Under the pieces are notes generated by a model that saw nothing but the letters and a program-made list of their open reading frames with translations, did no database searches and was not told the origin of the DNA. From Octopus bimaculoides (lineage: Eukaryota): a DNA stretch of 64,000 bases. Within the stretch, counting starts at the first letter, position 1, and every line of letters begins with the position of its first letter. The stretch lies in assembly GCF_001194135.2 (NCBI RefSeq), contig NC_068984.1:69144188-69208187 (forward strand), given 5' to 3'. Both the position numbers and the translations under genes were made by a program. Positions 1 to 12,039 of this stretch are shown one piece after another.

Positions 1-540
1 TACTTTTTGCTCAAGAAGTAATTGGTGAGGTTTAAACACATTAATCATGGTGATTGACTAACCTAGATGGCAATACAGGTTGTTGATGCTTTTTCAAGTT
101 TTATTTTCCATTGGGGTTGCTTCCGTTTAGTAATTTCATTAGCACGTGCAATGTAGGTTTCTCCTAGGTGTTCTTCAAGAGTAAAAGAATAATGACTGCT
201 GTGTGTAGGAAAGTATTTATAGTCCCGTAATTAACATCACAATAACCATGAGCTCTGAAGCAAAATAATCGATAACATATAACGTGAAGCAGTTGGCTAT
301 TTCTTAAGAATGGTCTGTCCCTTAACAACAACTTAGAAAAACAGGGAGAAATTTTATGAAGTGAAGTTTTAGATTATTTTAAAATATGTCGAATCAGTAA
401 CATGTGGAGATATACGAAAGTTTAGTGATGGTCACAAACATTTAGTTACATTATTTTCCTTCTCTCTTATGACAGAGTTTTGGCTGGTTCTTAATGATTT
501 GACAAAATCGATTACCATAGTGAAACTTGTAACAATATTC

Positions 541-690
541 ATTCATCATCATCATCATCATTATCATCGTCATCGTCATCGTCGTCGTCATCATCATCAT
601 CATCATCATAATTATTATTATCATTATTATTATTACTATTATTATTATTATTATTATTATCATTATTATTATTATTATTATTATTAATAA
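541..690. repeat. Compound (CAT)n/(CGT)n/(TAT)n microsatellite
   Basis: Directly visible. It explains the poly-H/Y/I/M ORFs at 451-781. Confidence 0.97.
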
Positions 691-701
691 TAACATTCGA
701 A

Positions 702-901
702 GGCAGCGAGCTGGCAGAAACGTTAGCACGCCGGGCGAAATGCTTAGCGGTTTTTCGTCTGCTTTTACGTTTTGAGCTCAAATTCCGCCGAGGACTTTGC
801 CTTTTATCCTTTCGGGATCGATAAATTAAGTACCAGTTGCGTACTGGAGTCGATCTAATCGACTGGCCCCCTCCACAAAAACGTTGGGCCTTGTGCCTAG
901 A
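702..901 (+). mobile_element. tRNA-headed SINE, family A
   Basis: A-box-like TGGCAGAAACGTTAG and B-box-like GAGCTCAAATTCC, followed by the core TTGCCTTTTATCCTTTCGGGATCGATAAATTAAGTACCAGTT. More than 10 related copies occur in the window. Confidence 0.9.
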
Positions 902-907
902 TTTTTA

Positions 908-1190
908 AAAATTATTATTATTCGGTAGTTATGTTTTTATTACTTGCTTCCACTGTACTGCCGAGCGCAGCTCTGTGTTCCTAAGGTGTGTGCTATGGTT
1001 TGTTTTAATGCTGTATTTTTTACTGTATAAATATATTATTCCTAAGTCCTGATGTTTTGGTATTGTATTTGTCTCTATTCGTTTTTTAACCATGTCTAAT
1101 GCACCTATTATTTTAGGGATTATTTCTGTCTTTAAGCCATCTATTTCTAGATCTTTGTATTTCGAGAGTTTCTCCGTTTTATAAAGACAG
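908..1190 (-). mobile_element. R4/Dong-clade non-LTR retrotransposon, 3' fragment ending in (AAT)n
   Basis: ORF 929-1246 contains KTEKLSKYKDLEI...LKTEIIPKIIGALDMVKK, matching the R4-clade C-terminus (EKLSKYKDL...IPIIVGALG). The minus-strand end reads ...CTACCGAATAATAATAAT. Confidence 0.75.
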
Positions 1191-1689
1191 AAGTTCATTA
1201 CTGAAAATATTTTACTGCAAAATAGTTTAAATTGGACGAATTTCATAACTGTATTATTTTAGCTAATTTTTATAGCTGACAGAAAAATAATCTCGAAATT
1301 TTTCTTAGTATCGAACTAAACCTTGATTTAAATGTAAAAGCTAAATGAAGTGAGAAGAGTATGTTCGTCGTCATAAATATCTTACTGGTGTCGTAGAACC
1401 ACTTCTGTTGGTATAGCTGTTTGTATTGTTATCAATATCAACTATTATATTAAAAGCGAAACAGCTCGTGATACAAGACATATTTTGTAATAACGCCAAG
1501 TTGATTAGTAAATGGTGTTTCCGAGAGAAGAAATAAACTAGTTACCGATTTGTGCTGGTTGAGTTGGCACCCATGTTTGATGTATCATGTGTGTGTGTGT
1601 ATATATAATTATGCCATCCAGCCCATGGCTGTTTTCACAAGCCTCTCCTCTGGCAGTTTTAGTATGTGTTCGGCCATTCTCATTCGTCG

Positions 1690-1860
1690 TTCGGCGTAGT
1701 ACCTTCAAAGAAGACCTACGCAGACTGAACATCACCTGGGAAGAAGCATACCAGTTGGCCTAAGATGGAGATAATTGGCAATTACTGACTGCCCAATGTG
1801 CGGCTCAAAGATACCAACGGACCTAAGAAGACGAAGAAGAAGAAGAAGAAGAAGAAGATA
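1690..1860 (+). mobile_element. RTE-like LINE extreme 3' end with (GAA)n tail
   Basis: Translates RRSTFKEDLRRLNITWEEAYQLA*DGDNWQLLTAQCA, a typical RTE C-terminus, followed by (GAA)n. Confidence 0.65.
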
Positions 1861-1934
1861 TTTATATATAGATATAATTTTTAAAAAACGGGGAAAACAA
1901 GAAAAAACAACAACGCGAGGATGTGGTACATGGA

Positions 1935-2062
1935 AAGTATTAGCAGACGCTCAGAGAAGGAAAGAAAAGTAGTCTTACGTTTCGAGCAAAGCTCTTCGTC
2001 AGAAACAGATGGAGGAAAGTCCAAGAGAAAAGGAAGACGGAGGAAAAAATCGCCAATGATTC
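1935..2062 (-). mobile_element. Probable Penelope-like element terminal-repeat remnant
   Basis: Purine-rich (plus strand) segment that carries a minimal hammerhead fold, a known hallmark of PLE terminal repeats. No coding remnant is attached. Confidence 0.55.
1972..2006 (-). ncRNA. Minimal type I hammerhead ribozyme (intact core)
   Basis: Minus strand reads GUUU-CUGACGA-A-GAGC-UUU-GCUC-GAAA-CGU-A|AGAC. Stem I is GUUU/AGAC, stem II is GAGC/GCUC, stem III is the palindrome ACGU, and the cleavage triplet is GUA. Confidence 0.8.
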
Positions 2063-2071
2063 ATATGTGGT

Positions 2072-2102
<31 letters not shown>

Positions 2103-2199
2103 GTACTATATATATGTATGTATATTTGTGTGTGTGTGCCAGCGCACGCGCGAGTGTGTATGCATATATATACATATATGTATGTATGTATATAAAGTG

Positions 2200-2445
2200 C
2201 TTTCAATTCCCAGAGCGGGTAGTGTGTTGTGTTTTTGAGCAAAACACTTCATCGCGCGTTGCTCTGTGATCATTTCGGCACCTGATGCGTGTTACATCGT
2301 GCACTGTTCAGACAACGTTGATTTGATAAAGAGAGTGAGTTAATGTGTGGCACGAACATTTGATCATTATAAATAAATCATTGGTGCCGGTCGTTCGGTA
2401 AAAGCTGAACACTGACACGCCGACTTCGACGGGAGAGTCCATCTG
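2200..2445 (+). mobile_element. SINE-like repeat (family C)
   Basis: B-box-like TTCAATTCCC, then GTGTTGTGTTTTTGAGCAAAACACTTCAT, which resembles the TTGAGCAAGACACT central motif of the other SINE families here. CpG-rich relative to its flanks. Confidence 0.6.
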
Positions 2446-2633
2446 TGAGATAGTTAGGCCAGCATTTGTAGGTGGGTATTTAAAAGTAGGAGAAAGGAAA
2501 TAATCTGTACTTACAGCAGATTTCTTTCATTTATTTCAAGCTGACGTTTCCTTTCAATACTACTTTGTGTTTTCTTTATTCTAAAAGTAATCGACTTAAG
2601 AGAGATCTACATGATGCAAAAATACTCTAGAGA

Positions 2634-2634
<1 letters not shown>

Positions 2635-2694
<60 letters not shown>
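2635..2694. repeat. (TG)n microsatellite
   Basis: Directly visible. Confidence 0.97.
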
Positions 2695-2696
<2 letters not shown>

Positions 2697-2854
2697 TATA
2701 CGATGGTAATGATGATGATGATGATTTCTAGTGCTGACATTAGATAATTGTAAAACGGTTCTTTTCATCTCATACCAAATGTCCCCATGGCGAAAAAATA
2801 TATTAACTCCCAGCTGGCAGCTGTTTCTACCAACCATATTTTATGAGCAAGCAC

Positions 2855-3150
2855 GAAGCTTAATGGCCAAGGCATTTTAGCTTACGATCATAAATTCGGT
2901 TCCTGGTGGCTCATTGTGTCCTTGAGTAAGGTACTTTATTTCTCGTTGCCCCAGTTCACTCGGCAGGCAAAAACGAGTTATATGCGTAATTGAAACAGCC
3001 AGCCTTGTAACACTCTGTGTCGTGCTGAATCTCTCTGAAAACTAAATTTAGGACATGCGTCTATATGGAGTGCTCACGTTAACTTCATGAGCAAGCTGTT
3101 TTATTGATCGAGGAAATGGAACCCTCATTGTCATAACCATCTGAGAGCCA
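2855..3150 (+). mobile_element. tRNA-headed SINE, family D (degenerate)
   Basis: The 3' part (CCAGCCTTGTAACACTCTGTGTC...GAACCCTCATTGTCATAACC) matches the reverse complement of the 42149-42527 copy. Confidence 0.75.
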
Positions 3151-4254
3151 GACATTTTATAGCTAATACTGAAAAGAAACTTCTTCAGGAGATATTTATA
3201 AAAGAATGAGAAACAGAATTACTACTGAAATTATAGAAGTCAATCTGTATGAATAAGTATGCTAGAGTGAGCAGTGGGAATTTCTGAATTATGTTTCTCC
3301 TCAGTTAAAGTGCAAATCACCTAACCAGAATATGAAATAACGCATGACATAACTTTGAAATAAATTTTAACTAACTTGCATGATGACTGAACAATGAAAA
3401 CTGGAATTCGAATTTTCAAAACATTTGAAAACATATTCTAGAAGTAATTGGCTTAGGATTCATTTTCATAGATCAAAATAAATCCTAAAAATATATGCAG
3501 TGAAACCCAGCTCTAACATTGCTTAATTGTTCAAATCATCCTCAGTTTATCTTACTGAAACGTCTGCCCATTAATCATTGCACCCATAATTCGTGACAGT
3601 TATCCTTTTCTTCTTGCTAAGAAATGTTTATGGTTAAAAATGGAATGATGCTTCTTCATAAAATAGTGGAGAAAGTGCTAGAGGCAAATTACTAGTGTCT
3701 TTGTTCACTTCTCTTTACAGTTTATGAGTAATTACATTACAGTTTTAATTTGATATTTCCATACTTCCAGATATTCTTAACTGAATCAAATATAGTGTTG
3801 TATGCTGGTTAGGTTCTTTAATTTAGAAGCTAACAACTCAACTGTGAAGTAACTATTGAACTAGTTTTGTCAGTCAGGCAAACAGATTTATATCCTTTGC
3901 ACATGACGCAATTGTGGCAGATTGAAGTTAGATTTGAACCTAATGCCATATGGCCAGTAGTCCTGCATTATAACCACAATACCGTTATTGTCTTTAGCTT
4001 GTCTGTTGTTTAGCTTGTCTGAGCTGATGGAAATGACTTATGGTCAAATGTGCCCTACTGCCTTGAAAAAGGAAGGACAATATGTAATGCAATCGCTGAT
4101 AATTACCAGGAGACAGTCATGGCTGGAATGCTTTACATCTCAGCCCTGTTCTGATTAGGCTGTTCTGAGGATAAACAACAACAACAACAATATCAACAAT
4201 GTTTACATTTAATGAAATACTTATCCATAATTACCGTTTTCCTTTCCTTTTCAG

Positions 4255-4283
4255 AAACTAATCATGGTCTTGTATGTATCCAA
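4255..4283 (+). other. Candidate 29-nt exon (unassigned)
   Basis: TTTTCCTTTCCTTTTCAG|AAACTAATCATGGTCTTGTATGTATCCAA|GTAAGT. Strong acceptor and donor, but no identifiable protein. Confidence 0.3.
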
Positions 4284-4998
4284 GTAAGTTTACAATCCCA
4301 ATGTTCTTATCAATGTGGAAATGTTTGGGATTTGGAAAGATAAATTGGGACATAGTTACTATGATGGAAATTATTACCAAAATGAGTATATGAAAGAGTG
4401 ACACTAGTACCACAAATTGATGAAATAGAAATATTCTTGTGGTCTATTTACAGTAAGGTAGACCATGCAGGTAAGAGTTAAGTGTATAATTAGTGATGGA
4501 TAAACACAGCACCAGTAAATTGTCATCCTTCAATTGGTTACTTTGCAATCAGTTGTCTCTTGGCTAATTACAACTCTTTCATACGTCTTGCTTTAACAAA
4601 AACCTAAAACAGAATATTATAAACGTGATTATCGCTGGCAAAGATTTATAAAGACTTTAAAGACTAAATTCACTCAACACAAATATTTGAATCACTTGTA
4701 TCACTATCAGAAAACTTTATTCAGTTTTATTTTATTTCTACTAAAATGTGTATGCAACAATTCTACTCAGAAAGATAAGGCATACACAACGATATCTCAG
4801 AGGAAAACATAGAAAAACATGATATCCAGTGGATTAAAAAATCATACAAATGTTATTATAAAAGAGATAAAATAAAAGTACACTTCATGGTTAAATGCAA
4901 CAGTTTATTGCATTCATTATTATAACTGTTGTTGTTGTTAATGTTATTGTAGTGGTTGTTGCCAATGCTATTGTTATTTTTATTATTGTTGTTGTTGG

Positions 4999-5195
4999 NN
5001 NNNNNNNNNNNNNNNNNNNNNNNNNNNNNNNNNNNNNNNNNNNNNNNNNNNNNNNNNNNNNNNNNNNNNNNNNNNNNNNNNNNNNNNNNNNNNNNNNNNN
5101 NNNNNNNNNNNNNNNNNNNNNNNNNNNNNNNNNNNNNNNNNNNNNNNNNNNNNNNNNNNNNNNNNNNNNNNNNNNNNNNNNNNNNNNNNNNNNNN
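4999..5195. other. Assembly gap (first of 16 N-runs; others near 7197, 14233, 14487, 15908, 17840, 23487, 24115, 35796, 36806, 41344, 44888, 45315, 46372, 61090, 63283)
   Basis: N-runs, most of them bounded by (TA)n, (GA)n or triplet microsatellites. Confidence 0.98.
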
Positions 5196-5637
5196 GCGGC
5201 GGTGGTGGTGGTGGTGGTGGTGGTGGTGGAGGTAGTAGTAGTGGTTGGCTAAATTTGTTTTCTTGTTATTGACCTTGTATATGTATATGTATAATGGTTA
5301 ATAAGAAAGGAATTGCGCGGTCATGAGTGGGACGATTTGGCTCTTGATCAAAACAGTTTGGGGCAAAGAGCCATTAAGTGACTTAAAACTATATTTATAG
5401 CTGTGCACATAAAAACACCAGAAGCACTATTAGGCAGTGTTTGTAGGTTTTTACAACTATTATTTAAAGTAAATATATATTAATATAATTGGAACAAACA
5501 GAATATAATTTGATGAAAACTTCCCTAGAATCTAAAGAGGAAATAGAGGATGAAAACGATGATGAAGATGTTGATGATGATCATCATTATCACCATCATC
5601 ATCATGTTTGGCACCGTGAAAGAGATATATAACTCAC

Positions 5638-5657
5638 CCTGTGACTAATGGGAAGAC
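5638..5657 (-). other. Candidate 20-nt micro-exon (unassigned)
   Basis: Minus strand: ...ATAACTAATTTTATTTTATAG|GTCTTCCCATTAGTCACAGG|GTGAGT, with a CTAAT branch-like motif upstream. Confidence 0.28.
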
Positions 5658-5843
5658 CTATAAAATAAAATTAGTTATTAAAAGTAAATATTTAAACTTA
5701 AGCTCTCTCATTATGAAAAGAAAGAAAGGATACTTTATCATATATATATATATAAATATTATACAAATATATGTATGAATATAATCTATATATGTCTTTC
5801 TCTCTCTTTTTCCCTCTCTCTATACATATATGTATGTGTGAGC

Positions 5844-5897
<54 letters not shown>

Positions 5898-6634
5898 GTG
5901 TGTGTGTATCATGTAATTGAGGACATACAGTAAAAGGTTTTCATTATAGTACTCGGAGTTTTAAATGTTGGAGCAAAGAGCTAAGTTACATTCTTGCCAG
6001 CTATTAATGGTAACAGATGGTATGTAAAAGCCGTTGAATAAAAAGGAAGTTACTCTAACAGGAAGAAAAAGAAAAAAGAAAACTGATAAAAAATACATGC
6101 AACCATATTCTTACAATACATAGACATAAACCTTCTGTGTTCACAACGTCTACATATATACATATATACATATATATATTTATATATAAATATGCCTCTG
6201 TGTCTATGTATTTGACTGCATAATTATACATCTAAACTGCTCTCATAGGATAGATTGTTGCTGCACTCTTAAATAGATCAGAGGACAAAATCTCATCTAT
6301 AAGCTTCGCTTTTAGCTTGGTTTCTAGGTCTGTATGCTGTTCTTAACACCGAAGTTTACTGAGTGCCTTTTTTCATGCCACTAAACTTCGAAGGTTGTTA
6401 TGTCTTTGATTAGACATAAAACTTAACAAAATGAGCTGGGTCCAGTTTATCATGGCACCAGCCCCAGAGAATATAGAGGTAAGAATATGAGGTATAACAA
6501 GAGATGCATAAATGGCAATGGTGAATGATGCACGTCAGAATTAAACTGTTAGTGGGAACTATAGATAGAGAGTGTGGAACATCAGCATGCCTGATGTGAC
6601 TTTATAAACATACACATCAAGATAGGTGTTAAAG

Positions 6635-7196
6635 TTAGTGTGAAAAGGTAGAGAGAGGGGTAGAGTACCACATGTCAGAGAGGTTGGTAAGAAAGTCAGA
6701 TGTCAGTAGTGGCATACCTATGGGCATAGAAATACAATCAGATTGAAAAGAATAGAGAGTGGTATAGAAATGTGAAACAAGGACTTCAGTGTCGGAGACA
6801 TGAGAGACAAAGACGAGGGTGAGAATTTGTTGGTATGATAGAAAAGTGATGAAAGAATATGAGAGAATGGGAACATATAATATAGAGGAGAGTGATGAGG
6901 GACAAATTTGTAGGAGAGTTAGAGAAAGATGAGATGCTACCCCCAAAACAAGTGATGTAGAAATATCAAATATGTTTGCCAAGGGAGTTATCCCTCTCAC
7001 CACGGCCAGCAGCACGAACGTATCCGGATTTCAGGGTTATTTCCCTTCGTCGGCGTTCGACAGCCGATGACCTTGGTGAGAGAGAAAAACCTGGCAAATC
7101 TTATATCTTCTTTTCCAGTGGCATTCTTCACTGATATTGAAAAGGTGAAAACAAGCAATGTTAATTCTCTAAATGAAGTATTAACAGTAACTGCAC
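6635..7196 (-). mobile_element. Probable Penelope-like element remnant (terminal repeat plus pyrimidine-rich downstream segment), truncated by gap
   Basis: Contains a hammerhead fold. The composition (C/T-rich on the minus strand) resembles the PLE remnant at 21-21.6 kb. Confidence 0.55.
7004..7072 (-). ncRNA. Type I hammerhead ribozyme fold with extended stem I (core variant U4C)
   Basis: Minus strand reads CGAACG-CCGACGA-AGGG-AAAUAA-CCCU-GAAA-UCCGGA-U-A|CGUUCG. Stem I is a perfect 6 bp and extends through CGGC/GCUG and GGUCA/UGGCC. Stem III is the palindrome AUCCGGAU and the triplet is AUA. Confidence 0.75.
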
Positions 7197-8112
7197 NNNN
7201 NNNNNNNNNNNNNNNNNNNNNNNNNNNNNNNNNNNNNNNNNNNNNNNNNNNNNNNNNNNNNNNNNNNNNNNNNNNNNNNNNNNNNNNNNNNNNNNNNNNN
7301 NNNNNNNNNNNNNNNNNNNNNNNNNNNNNNNNNNNNNNNNNNNNNNNNNNNNNNNNNNNNNNNNNNNNNNNNNNNNNNNNNNNNNNNNNNNNNNNNNNNN
7401 NNNNNNNNNNNNNNNNNNNNNNNNNNNNNNNNNNNNNNNNNNNNNNNNNNNNNNNNNNNNNNNNNNNNNNNNNNNNNNNNNNNNNNNNNNNNNNNNNNNN
7501 NNNNNNNNNNNNNNNNNNNNNNNNNNNNNNNNNNNNNNNNNNNNNNNNNNNNNNNNNNNNNNNNNNNNNNNNNNNNNNNNNNNNNNNNNNNNNNNNNNNN
7601 NNNNNNNNNNNNNNNNNNNNNNNNNNNNNNNNNNNNNNNNNNNNNNNNNNNNNNNNNNNNNNNNNNNNNNNNNNNNNNNNNNNNNNNNNNNNNNNNNNNN
7701 NNNNNNNNNNNNNNNNNNNNNNNNNNNNNNNNNNNNNNNNNNNNNNNNNNNNNNNNNNNNNNNNNNNNNNNNNNNNNNNNNNNNNNNNNNNNNNNNNNNN
7801 NNNNNNNNNNNNNNNNNNNNNNNNNNNNNNNNNNNNNNNNNNNNNNNNNNNNNNNNNNNNNNNNNNNNNNNNNNNNNNNNNNNNNNNNNNNNNNNNNNNN
7901 NNNNNNNNNNNNNNNNNNNNNNNNNNNNNNNNNNNNNNNNNNNNNNNNNNNNNNNNNNNNNNNNNNNNNNNNNNNNNNNNNNNNNNNNNNNNNNNNNNNN
8001 NNNNNNNNNNNNNNNNNNNNNNNNNNNNNNNNNNNNNNNNNNNNNNNNNNNNNNNNNNNNNNNNNNNNNNNNNNNNNNNNNNNNNNNNNNNNNNNNNNNN
8101 NNNNNNNNNNNN

Positions 8113-8159
<47 letters not shown>

Positions 8160-8186
8160 AATTAAAAGATAAATAGTTTCGACAAT

Positions 8187-8218
<32 letters not shown>

Positions 8219-8914
8219 AACTGAGATACGTATATCTGTAAGCTTGTGTTGGTATGCTGGCGTATGTGTGTTTCATTAATATATAGAATAATATATCTGC
8301 TATGATATTCTGTTCTGTGGTAATAAACCGTGTACCATTTTAATCCAACTATAAAGTCCATATATGATATCTGTGGATGTAAATGTCATTAAATTCCAAT
8401 GAAATATTTCAAAAGATTGATATCATTTAATTAGTGTTTTCAGAAAAAAATTAATATATCAATCTACTAGCTATTTTGAAACAAGCAATTGATATTGTTG
8501 ATATGATGCATATACACATAGACACACACATAGACACATGCACACATATTCACACACACAAACACACACACAAGCACACTCACACACATACAGGCACACA
8601 GACATTCATTTAAATATATTCATAGATAGGTAGGTAGATAGATAGATAGATAGATAGATAAATAGCTAGACAGATAGATAAACAGATAGAAAGATACATA
8701 GATAGATAGATAGTTAGATAGATAGATAGATATACTTACATATAGATATTTGTTTTTTATGATTAAAAGAGAGTCTATATCTACATGGGTGTTTATATAT
8801 GTATATACATACAAATATATCATATGTACTAAGATATATATATGTGTTTTTGTGTGTGTATGTATAAGTTAGTATATCTATATATAAACCTATATATATG
8901 CATATACATATATA

Positions 8915-9085
8915 TCATCATCATTTAACGTCCGCCTTCCATGCTTGCATGGGTTGGACAATTTGACTGAGGACTGGTGAACCAGAAGGCTGCACCAGGC
9001 TCCCATCTGATCTGGCAGAGTTTCTACAGCTGGATGCCCTTCCTAACGCCAACCACTCCAAGAGTGTAGTGGGTGATTTTACATG
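8915..9085 (-). mobile_element. RTE LINE 3'-end copy, (GAT)n-tailed
   Basis: Reverse complement of CACCCACTACACTC...GGTTGGCGTTAGGAAGGGCATCCAGCTGTAGAAAC...GGACGTTAAATGATGATG. Confidence 0.9.
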
Positions 9086-9136
9086 CCACCAGCACATGTT
9101 TATACATATACACATATATATTATATATATACACAT

Positions 9137-11420
9137 CATTCATCATCACAATCATCGTTTAACATCCGTTTTCCACACTGGCCTGGGTTGGACGGTTTTA
9201 TTGTTGTCTGGAAAGCCAGCAGCTGCACCAGGCTTCAAACTGATCTGGCAATGCTTCTACAACTGGATACCCTTCCTAATGCCAACCACTCCGAGAGTGT
9301 AGTGGGTGCTTTTTTACATGCCACCAGCATGGGAGCCAGTCAGAGGGCAGTGGCATCGACCATGTTCAGATGATGCATTTTACGTGCCACTGGAATGGGA
9401 ACCAGTCAGGGGACACTGGCCACAGCTAAGATTTTGGTTTTACTTGACTCAACAGGTCTTCTCAAACATATCATATTGCCTGACGCATCAAGTGTACTTT
9501 TAAATGGGCCAGACATACAACACTGGCATCGGCCATGGCTGACATATCACTTTAGTTGTCGGGTCTTCTCAATCACAGCATATCTTCAAAGGTCTCAGTC
9601 TCCTGTCATTGCCTCGGTGAGGCCCAACATATGAAGGTCATGCTTCACAACATTGTTTTATGCCTTCCTGACCTACTTCTTCCACAGGTTCCTTCCACAC
9701 TTAAGGTATGACACTTTCTCAGACAGCTGTCTTTATCCATACATAACACATGACCATACCAGCACAATCGTCTCTCTTGCATGCCACATTTGATGCTTCT
9801 TATGTGCAACTTTTCTCTCAGGGCACTCACACTTTGTCATGTATGCACACTGACATTACACATCCAGTGGGGCATACTGGCTTCATTTCTTTCAAGCCTA
9901 CGCATGTCCTCTGCAGTCATGGCCCATGTTTCACTGCCATGTAGCTTGGCAGTTCACACACACGCATCATACTTTTGTTACAAGCAGAGGTAGGAGCTCC
10001 ATGAACTTTGCCCAGGCTATTCTTATACTTGCTGCTACACTCTCAGAACAGCCATCCTCTCTAAAGACTTGGTCGCCTCAGTAGTGGAAGCTATCAACTA
10101 CTTCTAGTTTTTCCCCTTGGCATGTGATGGAATCTGTTTTCTGTACAACTTCAGTGTTTATTGCCCCTGTGCATCTGCCACACACAAAAACTATCTTCCT
10201 GGTTAACTGATATTGCTGAACCGTTTAGGTGTCCATAGCTTACACTGGGTACATCATATGGAGTTTCTACTCATAATGTTTCTACAGATTGAGCAGGGCC
10301 ATCTACCTGAAGGGATTTGTGATTTGTCAGCCTTTCTACTTACTAAGACTTTGGTTTTTGCTAGGTTAACCCTAAGGCCCTTTGATTCTAGACCTTGCTT
10401 TTATACCCTAAACCTTGTCTCTAGTTCTGGCAGTGACTTAGCTATTAGAGCAAGATCATCAGTATAGAGAGGCTCCCAGTGGCAGCATGTCTTGAATTCC
10501 TCTGTTATTGCATGGTGGAATATGATGAATAAGAGGGGGCTGAGGACTGATCCTTGGTAAACCCCTATTTCTACCCAGAAATACTTGTTGCCAACCCTCA
10601 CCTTACTAACAGCATCCCTGTACAGGGCTTGTACAACTCTTACCAACCACTCTCCTATCCTATCCCCAGTTTCTGCATTGACCACCACATAAGGGATTGG
10701 GGGACCCTGTCAAAAGGCTTTCTCCAAGTCAACAAAAGCCAAGTACAGAGGTTTATTTTTGGCTAGATATTTCTCCCACAGTTGCCTTACCAGAAATATA
10801 GCATCAGTGGTGCTTCTGCCTGGCACAAAACCAAACTGCATTTCATCTAGACTAACTTTCTCGCTAATTAGTTGGGCTATGACCCTCTCAGTAACTTTCA
10901 TTACCTGATCCAATAATTTGATACCCCTGTAGTTATTTCTATCTAAAGCATCACCTTTACCTTTGTAGCAGTTGACTATGGTGCTGCTACACCAGTCATT
11001 GGATATAACTCCTTCATGAACTACCTGATTTATGATGCAGGTGACAAGACCATAACCCACACCACCCAATATTTTAAGCATCTCAGCAGTGATTGCTGAT
11101 GGGTCAGGTGCTTTCCCTGTCTTCATATCCTTAATTGCTTTATCTACCAGGGTACTGTCAATTCAGATAGCTGGTCCTTCAATTGGGTCAACCTTTGGCA
11201 CACTCTTCTCCTATTCATTCTCCACATTCAGCAGTCTTTTTAATAATGGCTTCTCCAAGCCTCTTTCTTTGCAGAATAATGAAATGCTAGGGCACTATCA
11301 TTCATGTGGACACATTTCTCTCCTATGACATCATGGTTTTCTCTCACACACTGTCTTGCAATCCAAATACTTCAGTTCTTTCGTCCTGATGTTGCTGAAC
11401 ACTGGTAAACTTCTTCTTTT
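9137..11420 (-). mobile_element. 5'-truncated RTE-clade LINE (decayed RT, C-terminus and 3' UTR)
   Basis: ORF 10710-11126 (KGKGDALDRNNYRGIKLLDQVMKV...QFGFVPGRSTTDAIF...AFVDLEKAF), ORF 10401-10688 (GVYQGSVLSPLLFII...LYTDDL) and ORF 9645-9830 (QERRLCWYGHV) run contiguously into the 3' UTR ending (GAT)n. The ORF is frameshifted. Confidence 0.93.
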
Positions 11421-11454
11421 GTTCTTGAGTTTTTTAAACTAAAAAATGTTTCTT

Positions 11455-11760
11455 TTATGCAATGTTTTGACTGTTATTTCTAGCAGCTCTGTTGGTTTGC
11501 TCATAGCTTTTAAATATTTAATTTGCTCACAAATGTTTCTCACTGTTTTCACTATTTACTTTGCTCATGTATATTTTAATGTCTTGACTGTTATTTCTAG
11601 CAACTCTTGTTGGTTTGTTTGAAGCTTTTAAATAATCAATTTGCTTGCGAATGTTTTAATGTTAACTTTGCTCTTGTATATTTTAATGTTTTGACTGTTA
11701 TTTCTAGCAATTCCTGAAGGTTTGTTCGTAGCTTTTAAATATTTAATTTGCTCAGGAATT
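11455..11760. repeat. Three degenerate tandem units of about 115 bp
   Basis: TTGACTGTTATTTCTAGCA...TTG(T/C)T...AGCTTTTAAAT...AATTTGCT recurs near 11468, 11585 and 11692. Confidence 0.8.
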
Positions 11761-12039
11761 TTTTCACGCTTTTCGGTTTACTGTAGCTAGTTAATGTTCT
11801 GATATACCAGTGTCCCCACTCCCACCCCACCCCTGATGATCGAAGGGACAGCGAATGTGCTGTTTTCTGATTGGCTGAAAACTCTGAAAATTATCATACT
11901 TTGAATACCTGTAACATTTTTGCAAAACTTTTCTGGAATAAATTAATAACAAATTCAGATTCAGCATCAAAAATACATCTGTATGATACATTAAAAAATG
12001 TTTCTTAAAGATAATTGTAAACAGTGACAAAAACTACAA

